41,081 bases of DNA from positions 1 through 41,081 of IMG/VR virus record IMGVR_UViG_3300025875_000784, one strand, 5' to 3'. The stretch is from a virus. Lineage: Duplodnaviria; Caudoviricetes. Below the pieces are notes generated by a model. It did no database searches and had not been told where the DNA came from. It worked only from the letters and a program-made list of their open reading frames with translations. Position 1 is the first letter of the stretch, and each line of letters starts with the position of its first letter. Shown here piece by piece: positions 33,101-41,081 of this stretch. The position numbers and the translations under genes are program-made.

Positions 33101-33580
33101 ATGGGGAAGGCAGAGACGCCGAAGAGGCCCTCACGATATTCTGAGACAGTACGCAGGATTGCTGCCGAACAGCTGGTAAAGCCTGTTGCGGAATGGCTGG
33201 AGGAAAATGCGTCTGGGGAATTGCTGGAGACGCTCACCAGACATGCAGACGGCGACAGCTACACATTCGCTCGTAATCTGGACCGAGCCGGATGGTTTCC
33301 TGATGGCGCGCTTGTCGAAATCCTGAGCGAGTACAGCGACTATAAGGCTTGGCGTCGAGCATCAGCCGATTGGGTCAAGATGTTCGATATCGAGGTTCCC
33401 TACTCGGTTGGCGACCTCGTGCAAGCTCGCGGAGAGCGCTGTGTCGTGGTCAAGGTTGATCGCGAAATTGCACAAGTCACAGTTCAGCCGATGGACAAGC
33501 CAAACCCGTCGTTCGGGGCTGAAGGCGGGTATCTGCATCCATTCGAAGAAGTCACCCCACTCGCACAACAGGCAGCGTGA
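33101..33580 (+). CDS. Hypothetical early protein
   Basis: First ORF after PL; C-terminal SH3/KOW-like YSVGDLV. Confidence 0.65.
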   Translation: MGKAETPKRPSRYSETVRRIAAEQLVKPVAEWLEENASGELLETLTRHADGDSYTFARNLDRAGWFPDGALVEILSEYSDYKAWRRASADWVKMFDIEVPYSVGDLVQARGERCVVVKVDREIAQVTVQPMDKPNPSFGAEGGYLHPFEEVTPLAQQAA

Positions 33581-33984
33581 CCGCCATGCACACCCCGGAA
33601 GCACAGACTGCCGTTCTTCAACTGCCGGTCGCTGCAAATGACGCTTCTTTCCGGTTCGACATTTCCGGCGCTCGGCCATTCTATCCGACGTTTCGCGTGA
33701 CCGACGAGGGCGAGGCCCTTATCCCCACCGTTCGCACCAATGCGGAGGTTTACGACCTTATCGGCCAATGCGGCCCTAACGGTCAGGTGTGGGGCTTCGA
33801 AGTTGACACATGCACACCCGTCGACCTCACCAAGCATTTCGCTCCCATGTGGTGCCAAGATCACGGCGAGGCCGGGTTTGAAACCTGCCCCTTTGCTTTT
33901 GAGCCGCTTCTTGCGGACGAACTGGCATGGCGGGTTTTGGGCGAACCCAGCACCGGTTTCCTCGCTGGCCAGAGGGGGTTCTGA
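33577..33984 (+). CDS. Hypothetical protein
   Basis: GTGA overlap; in early operon. Confidence 0.55.
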   Translation: MTAMHTPEAQTAVLQLPVAANDASFRFDISGARPFYPTFRVTDEGEALIPTVRTNAEVYDLIGQCGPNGQVWGFEVDTCTPVDLTKHFAPMWCQDHGEAGFETCPFAFEPLLADELAWRVLGEPSTGFLAGQRGF

Positions 33985-34316
33985 TGGCTGGGGTTCGGGA
34001 CCATGAACAATTCAAGATCCGCCTGCCCGATGGAATGCGCGACGAAATTCGTGCGGCAGCAGCAGCTAACCACCGCACCATGAACGCCGAGGTTGTTGCC
34101 CGCCTCACCCCGCCCGAAAGCATGACCCTTCGCGACTGGCTCGCAGGGCAGGCTTTGGCGGGGATGCTCGCAAACCCTAAGACGCAACAGTTTATCGCCG
34201 AAATTGCCGCCGAAAGAACGCAGGACGGGGCGCAACTATCTGCTGCCGCTTCTTACGAACATGCCGACGCCATGCTTGCAGCTCGGTCCACACCTTCCAC
34301 GGAGGAAGGGCAATGA
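33984..34316 (+). CDS. Arc-family ribbon-helix-helix protein fused to an MTLRDW domain
   Basis: QFKIRLPDGMRDEIRAAAAANHRTMNAEVVARL plus MTLRDWLAGQALAG...SYEHADAMLAAR. Confidence 0.85.
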   Translation: MAGVRDHEQFKIRLPDGMRDEIRAAAAANHRTMNAEVVARLTPPESMTLRDWLAGQALAGMLANPKTQQFIAEIAAERTQDGAQLSAAASYEHADAMLAARSTPSTEEGQ

Positions 34317-34537
34317 GCCGGGAGCAAGACATAGAATACATCGGCACCTTCCCCGGTCGCGTAATCAACGCCGCCATCAAGAGCCTTTTGGCCCGGCACG
34401 GCTACGACGTGTTCAGCGACGAGTTGATCGCAGAGTTGCGCGACGACATGGAAGACGCCGAGTGCCGCCGTGAAGCGACCAACCGCCACAACTGCGCCAC
34501 TGCCGAGCAGGCTGCGGGTCAGGAGCAAGCAGCATGA
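34313..34537 (+). CDS. Hypothetical protein
   Basis: ATGA-coupled ORF. Confidence 0.6.
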   Translation: MSREQDIEYIGTFPGRVINAAIKSLLARHGYDVFSDELIAELRDDMEDAECRREATNRHNCATAEQAAGQEQAA

Positions 34538-34839
34538 GCGGCGAACACACACCAACCCCCTGGGAATTCAGACTCGTTGGGGAAGCCTATCACGTCAGCC
34601 AAGTAAACAGTGGCGCCTGGTTCTTAGATATTGGCTTGGGCTGTCCGGTCAGCGAATTGGCCTATCCGCTGGATACATTCGCTGATTTCGAGGCGAACGT
34701 AACGATGATCAAGTCTCGCATCAACAGCCATGACGCCCTGGTCGAAGCGCTGCAGAAGATCGTCAACAACTGGGATGATCTCCACCCAAAAGATCGGCAT
34801 CAGGCGCGCGAAGCTCTGGCCAAGGCAGGTGCGCAATGA
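34534..34839 (+). CDS. Hypothetical phage protein
   Basis: HTPTPW...N.HDALVEAL...AREALAKA pattern. Confidence 0.7.
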   Translation: MSGEHTPTPWEFRLVGEAYHVSQVNSGAWFLDIGLGCPVSELAYPLDTFADFEANVTMIKSRINSHDALVEALQKIVNNWDDLHPKDRHQAREALAKAGAQ

Positions 34840-34955
34840 CCGCCCTTCGCCTCATCACGACGCACTGGTTCATCGCCTTCAACATGATCCTCTTTGCTGC
34901 CACTCCGATTATCGGGGCTGCTGTCTATGAGGCAAACGCTGCGGGGTGGTGGTGA
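34836..34955 (+). CDS. Small TM peptide (39 aa, not in ORF track)
   Basis: MTALRLITTHWFIAFNMILFAATPIIGAAVYEANAAGWW; coupled at both ends. Confidence 0.5.
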   Translation: MTALRLITTHWFIAFNMILFAATPIIGAAVYEANAAGWW

Positions 34956-35242
34956 TGGCCGTCCGAACAATCTGGAAATGCGACGGGTGCGACCAGGAGG
35001 TAACCGCCGAGGTTGGCTTAGTGGACTGGAAGCGCATCACGGTGAACCTCGGCGGGTTCAAGGGATACCCCGTCTCTCACGTGCACAACGGTGAACGCTC
35101 CTACGAGCTGTGCCCAGACTGTCAGGGCCACTTGGCGGAGCAAGCGAACCCACGACGTTGGGCTCGGGTCGGCAGTCCCATTGCGCCCGCCACTTCCCCA
35201 ACACCCGCACAGTCCGGCATGAATACGGAGACTAGGGAATGA
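34955..35242 (+). CDS. Zinc-ribbon-like protein
   Basis: CDGC...LCPDC. Confidence 0.65.
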   Translation: MAVRTIWKCDGCDQEVTAEVGLVDWKRITVNLGGFKGYPVSHVHNGERSYELCPDCQGHLAEQANPRRWARVGSPIAPATSPTPAQSGMNTETRE

Positions 35243-35952
35243 GCGCTCTCACTGTAACCCAGAACGAACGCATCGTCATGGGGGGGAACCGCTCGCCCTT
35301 TGATGAGCATAACGAGGCTATCGGCGATCTTTGGACCGAGGCCGAAGCCTGGCTGAACGGCGATGGCATCAAGTCTGAAGCCGATGCCGAGGGCGTTGAG
35401 AAGCTGCTGGATCTGTCGCGGAAGGCGAAGAAGGCCGCGGATGAAGCGCGAGCCGAAGCCAAGCGCCCTCACGATGAGGCAGGCAAAGCGGTTCAAGCTC
35501 AATGGACGCCGATCATTCGTCGGGCTGATACGATCGCCGATGCGTGCAAGGAAGTGCTGGCACCGTGGCGCGCCAAGATCAAAGCCGAGAAGGACGCGAT
35601 CGCTGAAGCTGCCCGCCGCGATGCTGAGGATATCCGGCGCAAGGCACAGGAGGCAATGCAAGCCAGCGCCGGGAATGTGCTGGCGAGGCAGGACGCCGAG
35701 CATCTGCTGAACAGCGCCAAGATCGCTGAGAAAGACGCGGCCAAGGCCACCAAGGCCGCAGCGACCGGCAATGGCCTGCGCACTACGCCCAAGGCTGTTC
35801 TGGTCGACGGCGCGAAAGCTGCCGAACACTACTGGCGAACGCGCCGCGACGATTTCCGAGCCTTCTTGCAGAAGCTCGCCGACTCCGATGCCCGGAGCGG
35901 AACCCATTCAATTCCAGGATTTGAAATCGTGGAAGAGAAGACGGCCATTTAG
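35239..35952 (+). CDS. Coiled-coil recombination-module protein
   Basis: MGGNRSP start, long Ala/Lys/Glu helix, IPGFEIVEEK end; precedes SSB. Confidence 0.65.
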   Translation: MSALTVTQNERIVMGGNRSPFDEHNEAIGDLWTEAEAWLNGDGIKSEADAEGVEKLLDLSRKAKKAADEARAEAKRPHDEAGKAVQAQWTPIIRRADTIADACKEVLAPWRAKIKAEKDAIAEAARRDAEDIRRKAQEAMQASAGNVLARQDAEHLLNSAKIAEKDAAKATKAAATGNGLRTTPKAVLVDGAKAAEHYWRTRRDDFRAFLQKLADSDARSGTHSIPGFEIVEEKTAI

Positions 35953-36002
35953 GCCGGAACGACTACCCCAAGGCCGCTGGCCGAACTCAACAGGACCCTA
36001 AG

Positions 36003-36422
36003 ATGAACATCAATGACACCTTCCCAAGCAACTTCCTGAAAGCTGCAGACCTTAACGGCGGTCAGCCGACCGTGACTATCTCACATGTTGCAATCGAAGA
36101 TATTGGGGATGATCGAAAGCCCGTTCTTTACTTTGTCGGTAAGGAAAAGGGCATCGTTCTTAATAAGACAAACGCCACGAACATCAGTGGAGCCTATGGG
36201 CCTGAAACTGACGACTGGACCGGGAAGAAGGTAACCCTCTTTACGTCCTGGGTCGACTTTCAAGGCAAGTCTGTTGAGGCAATCCGCATTCGCAAGGCGG
36301 ATAATCCACGGCCCTCACAGCAACCCGTTCAGCAACAGACATCGCGCCCTGTCCCTCAGGATGTCCCTCCTCAGTTTGAGCCTGACGATCCGGGGTTCAC
36401 CGGCGACGATATCCCTTTCTGA
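36003..36422 (+). CDS. Putative single-stranded DNA-binding protein
   Basis: FPSNFLKAADL, LNKTNA, WTGKKVTL; Gln/Pro linker and DDIPF C-terminal tail. Confidence 0.7.
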   Translation: MNINDTFPSNFLKAADLNGGQPTVTISHVAIEDIGDDRKPVLYFVGKEKGIVLNKTNATNISGAYGPETDDWTGKKVTLFTSWVDFQGKSVEAIRIRKADNPRPSQQPVQQQTSRPVPQDVPPQFEPDDPGFTGDDIPF

Positions 36423-36475
36423 TTTCCGTTTAACCAGCGCAGGCCCGGCCCTTCGGGGTCGGGCGGGAGCTCCCC

Positions 36476-36799
36476 ATGAACGATCACGCCAACATCCCTC
36501 TGAGCGAACAATACCGGATCGTCGCAAAGGAATTTGTCGATCTGGAAGGGGCGGCTCGCATGCTCGAAGAAAGCAAGAGCACTATTCGCGCGCAGCAAAT
36601 GCTTGCCCTCGGCGATATGCCGGTCTCCAGAGCCGAGATGCGTGTGAACGCCTCCCCTGAATTTCAGGACTACATCCGCAAGATGGTTGAGGCCAAGACG
36701 GCCGCGAACCGCAAGCGGCTCCATCTGAAGTTCCTCGAAATGAAGTTCAGCGAGTGGCAGTCCGAGAACGCCAACCGGCGCGCGGAGATGCGGCTGTGA
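36476..36799 (+). CDS. Helical hypothetical protein (UvsY-like pattern, unconfirmed)
   Basis: 107 aa; AE....ASPEF..Y...W.SENANRR. Confidence 0.6.
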   Translation: MNDHANIPLSEQYRIVAKEFVDLEGAARMLEESKSTIRAQQMLALGDMPVSRAEMRVNASPEFQDYIRKMVEAKTAANRKRLHLKFLEMKFSEWQSENANRRAEMRL

Positions 36800-37143
36800 G
36801 AGTTCTTGTCACTGGAGGCCGCAACTACACCGACCGGGAGCGGCTCTACGCCGTACTCGACAGGCTTCATAGAGAGGCTTGGATCGATTGCCTCATTCAA
36901 GGCGGGGCGAACGGGGCTGACAAGCTGGCCCGCGAGTGGTGCGAGGATCGTCGGGTGCAGTATGAAAACTACCCTGCCGACTGGGAAAGTCACGGCAGCT
37001 TCGCCGGACCTATGCGCAACAAGCAGATGCTGGACGAAGGGCGGCCGCATTCCGTCATAGCCTTTCCCGGCGGGCGCGGCACGGCAGACATGGTGCGCAA
37101 GGCCCGGAAGGCTGGCGTCGAGGTAATTGAAATTGCCCCGTAG
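36796..37143 (+). CDS. SLOG family protein (YspA/DUF2493-like)
   Basis: VLVTGGR, IQGGANGAD, AGPMRN.QML, AFPGGRGTADM. Confidence 0.9.
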   Translation: MRVLVTGGRNYTDRERLYAVLDRLHREAWIDCLIQGGANGADKLAREWCEDRRVQYENYPADWESHGSFAGPMRNKQMLDEGRPHSVIAFPGGRGTADMVRKARKAGVEVIEIAP

Positions 37144-37540
37144 CGTCCCCGAATGGATCGGCAAAACCGACGACAGCAGAATACCGATAAAGGTGCTCCT
37201 GCGTGTCGCAGAGCGTCAAGGGAATGTGTGCGGCTGTGGCTGCAACACACCCATCAACTTCAACTTCGACCAGCTCGACGGGGACCATATCGTCCCGCTG
37301 AAGGACGACGGTCAGAACCGAGAGAGCAACGTACAGGTTCTCCTCCGCCGGCATCACGTCACAAAGACGAGCGCGGAAAACATCGCTCGGTTCGAGGCTG
37401 AGCGCCATCGCGCCCGAGCCTTCAATCGCGACGAACGCCCAAAGATGCGCGGCGCCGGCTTCCGTGCAGCTGCTCCACAGCGCCGGGCATCAACGCAAAT
37501 CAACAAATGGTTCGGATGGAAAGGTGACACCAATGTCTGA
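37127..37540 (+). CDS. HNH endonuclease
   Basis: CGCGC, DHIVPLKDDG.N.ESNVQ.L...HH..KT. Confidence 0.85.
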   Translation: MKLPRSVPEWIGKTDDSRIPIKVLLRVAERQGNVCGCGCNTPINFNFDQLDGDHIVPLKDDGQNRESNVQVLLRRHHVTKTSAENIARFEAERHRARAFNRDERPKMRGAGFRAAAPQRRASTQINKWFGWKGDTNV

Positions 37541-38747
37541 CGCCATGACCACGAACACCCCGGCTGACGCTGTGGAGCCAACAGGCCCCGCAGCGATGGG
37601 TGAAGTCGCGCAGCTTATCTCCGATCTGGAGCGGGCAGCCGCAGCCTGTTGGAGACAGCGAGAAAGCGCCATTCGCATGAATGGCGCGCCAGCTGTCATG
37701 GGGGAAGGATGGCAGCTAGAGAGCGCAGCCAAGCTACACGAACGCGCTGCTGCAGTCCTCCGCCGCACCCCAGAGCCGACCGCTGTGAGCGAGGCCGCTG
37801 ACGATACCGATGAGGTTTACGAGCTTGGCAAACGGGATGGGTACGAGAATGCCATTCAGGAGTTAGACCTCGCGACAGGCGGTGACGGTGAGTTCAAGGG
37901 CAGCACATTCCCCGGCGAAACCGTTGACGTACCCGTAATGAAGGCACGGATTATCGAGCGGTTTACTCCGCAGCCCTTGGAGGCTCCCATGTCTGAGCCC
38001 CAACTGGACGGGTGGAAGCTGGTGCCGGTCGAACCGACCCGCGAGATGTTACACGCAGGGTTTCAGGAGATGAACACGCCGGGGAACCTGCCGCAGGCCG
38101 ATGATGTGTTTGCCGCCATGCTTGCCGCTTCTCCCCAGCCTCCAGCTCTACCGGAGAGTGCGGAAACGGTGGTGGCGATCAAGCCGCTGGAGTGGAAACA
38201 ACACACGGAAGGCGTTTGGCGAGCTGAAACTATCGTTGGCGATTACCGGGTTTGGACGCACCACGAAGCTAAGGGAACGTGGTTCTGGCAACTGAGCTAT
38301 CATGGTCGGATCAGTGACGGCTCGGGTACTGAGCAAGAGTGCCTTCTTGCCGCCCAAGCCGATTACGAAACCCGCATCCGCTCTGCCCTCTACGCCGCCC
38401 CTTCATCCGAACAGGCGAGGATCGAGCAGCTTGAGCGGGAGCGGGACATCGCTCACGAGGAACTGGCGCATCGGGATGCCGAAGGATGGGAAAAGCTCAT
38501 CGCCCGCGCCGAGGCCGCAGAAGCCACGGTAGCGGAACTACGGAAAGATCAAGAAACCCGAGTGCAGGCCCTGCAGAGACTGATGCCCTATCTGGTCTGG
38601 CAACTCGGGCCTGAAAGCCCCGGCTGCCATCCGACGATGGAAAGCGTCGTGGCCGACGTGATGGAGCAATTTGGGCTAGGCGGAAGCTTCAAGCGAAAGC
38701 TGGATCACGCTCGCGCCGCTCTCACCAAGGAGACGGCAAATGGTTGA
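37533..38747 (+). CDS. Mosaic multi-module early protein (Ead/Ea22-like character)
   Basis: Blocks GWKLVPVEPTREML, IKPLEW...AAQADYETRIRSAL, ARAEAAEA coiled coil. Confidence 0.65.
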   Translation: MSDAMTTNTPADAVEPTGPAAMGEVAQLISDLERAAAACWRQRESAIRMNGAPAVMGEGWQLESAAKLHERAAAVLRRTPEPTAVSEAADDTDEVYELGKRDGYENAIQELDLATGGDGEFKGSTFPGETVDVPVMKARIIERFTPQPLEAPMSEPQLDGWKLVPVEPTREMLHAGFQEMNTPGNLPQADDVFAAMLAASPQPPALPESAETVVAIKPLEWKQHTEGVWRAETIVGDYRVWTHHEAKGTWFWQLSYHGRISDGSGTEQECLLAAQADYETRIRSALYAAPSSEQARIEQLERERDIAHEELAHRDAEGWEKLIARAEAAEATVAELRKDQETRVQALQRLMPYLVWQLGPESPGCHPTMESVVADVMEQFGLGGSFKRKLDHARAALTKETANG

Positions 38748-39180
38748 GGCAGCGAGACTGCGGGAACTGCTGGAGCGGGTACGAAAAGCCGAGGGGCCGG
38801 ATCGCAATATCGACGCTGATATATTCGAGGCGCTTGGTCATGAAGTGAAGCGCGAAACACGGCGGATCAGCAGCATCTGCAGAACTAGACACACCTTGTC
38901 GTGGATGCACAGGAAAGGTGGCGGGAAATGGCATAAGATCGGCTACCTGACCTCATCCGTTGATGATGTGCGGGAGTTGATTGAGCAGGAACTTCCTACC
39001 TATTCTCTGGAGATGCATACGGACCCTTCCGGGCATAGTGCAGGTTTACACCTATGGCCGGAAGGGCTCAGTGGTGACGTCGAGATCGCCATCCCAGACG
39101 AGGCGAACATCACGCTAGGGTTAGCCCTTTGTGCCGCCTTCCTCTCGGCCAAAGCAGCCCTTGCGGAGGCGCGGACATGA
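38740..39180 (+). CDS. Hypothetical phage protein
   Basis: LLERV.KAEGPDR.IDA.I...TSSVD...LALCAA.L motif. Confidence 0.7.
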   Translation: MVEAARLRELLERVRKAEGPDRNIDADIFEALGHEVKRETRRISSICRTRHTLSWMHRKGGGKWHKIGYLTSSVDDVRELIEQELPTYSLEMHTDPSGHSAGLHLWPEGLSGDVEIAIPDEANITLGLALCAAFLSAKAALAEART

Positions 39181-39563
39181 GCGACTTCGGACACAACTAC
39201 AGTCATGGTCCCGGCGTCTTTATCGACGGATGGGGAAGCGGGCCATTTGAAATCACCGTCAAGGGCAAGGTCTATCGCTTTGAAGACAGCGATATGTTCG
39301 GGCCAGCTAGGCTCAACAAGGACGACGATCCCCATTCTGTCAACTTCGGAGCACGGTCCCCATTCTGGCGAGCGCACAGTTTGTGGAAAAGCCAAGGGCG
39401 CAAGGTTCAGGCGGACGGCGTGACATGTGTGTGGCGCGAGCCGCTGCCCACCATCGTTCAGAAGATCGGACCCATGTGGGTCACCCTTCAACACGGTGAA
39501 CCCAACGCGCACGGGGGAACTCAGCATGTTCAGGTTGAAGTGCCGAAATGGAGGCGCCCATGA
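39177..39563 (+). CDS. Hypothetical protein
   Basis: GGAGG RBS, ATGA overlap. Confidence 0.6.
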   Translation: MSDFGHNYSHGPGVFIDGWGSGPFEITVKGKVYRFEDSDMFGPARLNKDDDPHSVNFGARSPFWRAHSLWKSQGRKVQADGVTCVWREPLPTIVQKIGPMWVTLQHGEPNAHGGTQHVQVEVPKWRRP

Positions 39564-39565
39564 CC

Positions 39566-39814
39566 TCAGTCCGCTTTAGCTCTCATGCGCTTCACCACGT
39601 CGCGCCAGTCGGCAATCAACGCCTCGATCTTGTCCCGCTTGCCCGGCGATCCCTCGGCAAGGCCGCTGAGTATCGCAATCTCGTCGTTCAGCAGCTTCAG
39701 CGTGCCCTCGATCTCAAACGGTGCCTGTCCTGCATCGAGCATGGCTTTGTAGCCCGCCAACGTCCGCCGGCTCTTGATGATACGCGCGTCTACAGGGTCT
39801 TGGGGATGGGTCAT
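39566..39814 (-). CDS. Counter-oriented hypothetical protein
   Basis: 82 aa helical ORF filling the gap; CATAAT 8 nt before ATG. Confidence 0.6.
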   Translation of the reverse strand: MTHPQDPVDARIIKSRRTLAGYKAMLDAGQAPFEIEGTLKLLNDEIAILSGLAEGSPGKRDKIEALIADWRDVVKRMRAKAD

Positions 39815-39825
39815 GGGGGTGGATT

Positions 39826-40212
39826 ATGACAGCTCGGCCCGTTTCCGCCACCGCTATTGCTGAACGCTTCGGCTTTACATCACGTCACTGGATCAGGCAG
39901 GCTGCACAAGGTCGCGTGCCTGGCGCCTATCAGCCATCCGGCAAGCGCGGGCAATGGCTGTTTGATCTCCCAACCTTCGAAGGGTGGTTCCGTTCCACCG
40001 TACGAGAGAACACATGGCAACCATCTATAAGCGCGGGAAAACCTGGTGGGGCCGCGCGCAGCGTAAAGGCCAAGAGTACCGGAAATCTCTTGAGACAGGA
40101 GATCGATCAGTTGCTCAAAAGCGCCTGCAAACCTGGCTCACGGAACTTGAGGCCACATTATGGGGCGGACGTTCACGTGTTACCTTCGCGGACGCAGCGC
40201 GAGCCTTCATAG
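39826..40212 (+). CDS. xis: Excisionase-like HTH protein
   Basis: SATAIAERFG...A.QGRVPGA.QP.G..GQWLFD; directly upstream of and overlapping the integrase. Confidence 0.65.
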   Translation: MTARPVSATAIAERFGFTSRHWIRQAAQGRVPGAYQPSGKRGQWLFDLPTFEGWFRSTVRENTWQPSISAGKPGGAARSVKAKSTGNLLRQEIDQLLKSACKPGSRNLRPHYGADVHVLPSRTQREPS

Positions 40213-41081
40213 TCGAGTACCTGCCGACGCTGAAGCCGAGTTCCGCGACCAGGTATGGCGTCAGCCTGAAATGGCTGTCCGACAAGTTCGGGACATCGAT
40301 GCTGGATGAAATCGGGCGGGAAGAGCTGTCCAGCTTCGAAAGCTGGCGGCGGGCGCTCGGCACGTCAAGCCCGACCATTCGCCGGGATCTTGCGTGCCTG
40401 TCCTCAGTGTTCAGCTTCTGTGAGGACAAGGAATGGATCGAGGACAACAAGAACCCCGTTCCGGGCTTCCTGCGTCGGCGGGCGAAGCGTGGCCTCACCG
40501 AAGCCCCGGGCAAGCGTCGTTACCTTTCGCCAGATGAGGAAAAGCGACTGCTGAAGGAAGCAGGCCCGCTCACCTACCATGCGGTCTGCGTGGCGATCGA
40601 TACTGGACTGCGGCGCACGGAACAACTGCTGCTGACATGGCCTCAAGTTGACCTGAAGCGCGGCATGATCGAGACGACGGCTGACACCAAAAACGGCAAG
40701 AAACGTTGGGTGCCGCTCCCTCCCCGTTCCGCACAAATCCTGGCACAGCGCCGCACAGCAAATCTGAAGTCTTTTTTCGTGTTTGCCCACGAGGACGGCA
40801 CGCCCTTTGCCACGTTCGATAATGGCTTTCGGGCCGCAGTGAAGAGGGCAGAAATCCCCTATGCTTCGTGGCATGATCTGCGGAGAACCGCAGGGTGCCG
40901 CTGGCTCCAGAGAGACAAGCGATCGATGGAAGAGGTTTCGAAATTGCTCGGCCACGGCAGCGTTGCTGTGACCGAAAAGAGCTACGCCTTCCTTGAAGAG
41001 GAAACCATCGCTCAAGAAGTGAGCCGCACAAAATCAGGCACACGGATTGATGGACAACGGAAGAGAAGCAAGGCAGAATAA
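40014..41081 (+). CDS. int: Tyrosine integrase
   Basis: TGLRRTE (R), TKNG (K), HDLRR, LLGH and Y catalytic residues; start MATIYKRG at 40014. Confidence 0.95.
   Translation: MATIYKRGKTWWGRAQRKGQEYRKSLETGDRSVAQKRLQTWLTELEATLWGGRSRVTFADAARAFIVEYLPTLKPSSATRYGVSLKWLSDKFGTSMLDEIGREELSSFESWRRALGTSSPTIRRDLACLSSVFSFCEDKEWIEDNKNPVPGFLRRRAKRGLTEAPGKRRYLSPDEEKRLLKEAGPLTYHAVCVAIDTGLRRTEQLLLTWPQVDLKRGMIETTADTKNGKKRWVPLPPRSAQILAQRRTANLKSFFVFAHEDGTPFATFDNGFRAAVKRAEIPYASWHDLRRTAGCRWLQRDKRSMEEVSKLLGHGSVAVTEKSYAFLEEETIAQEVSRTKSGTRIDGQRKRSKAE

Larger units (their letters stand above)
1..41081. mobile_element. Temperate phage/prophage, podovirus-like virion module with lambdoid regulation
   Basis: Contiguous integrase, xis, cI/cro, replication, terminase, portal, capsid, tail, ejection and lysis genes in canonical order; no host housekeeping genes. 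Confidence 0.97.

Noticed and set aside
1-41081. CRISPR array, DGR/retron, IS element, attL/attR
   Set aside because: No regularly spaced repeats, reverse transcriptase or transposase seen; the window is trimmed at gene ends so att sites are outside or not identifiable

Overview
The window looks like an essentially complete ~41 kb temperate phage or prophage, trimmed from the first gene start to the integrase stop, so no att sites are visible. It has a podovirus-type virion module (P22-like portal, gp4, gp10 and ejection proteins, with a DUF4043/N4-gp56-like capsid) and a lambdoid cI/cro layout. The host is probably an alphaproteobacterium (GC-rich, GcrA-like and DUF6362-like genes; inference). 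Layout: accessory left end (1-2.4 kb); lysis cassette containing a clear Tad1-family anti-defence sponge (2.4-5 kb, minus); tail, ejection, head and packaging genes (5.3-23.5 kb, minus); late control, nin-like and replication genes (23.5-32.4 kb, minus); cro/cI switch with palindromic operators; early plus-strand operon (Arc, SSB, SLOG, HNH); xis and tyrosine integrase. The most unusual signals are non-coding: a 106-nt tRNA-like cloverleaf ending in ACCA with a kissing loop (842-947), a multi-conformation structured leader upstream of a Fet4-like gene and the terminase (23.9-24.1 kb), and a second repressor switch with three 17-bp operators (1.7-2.0 kb). All family assignments come from motif recognition by eye; no searches or folding programs were run.
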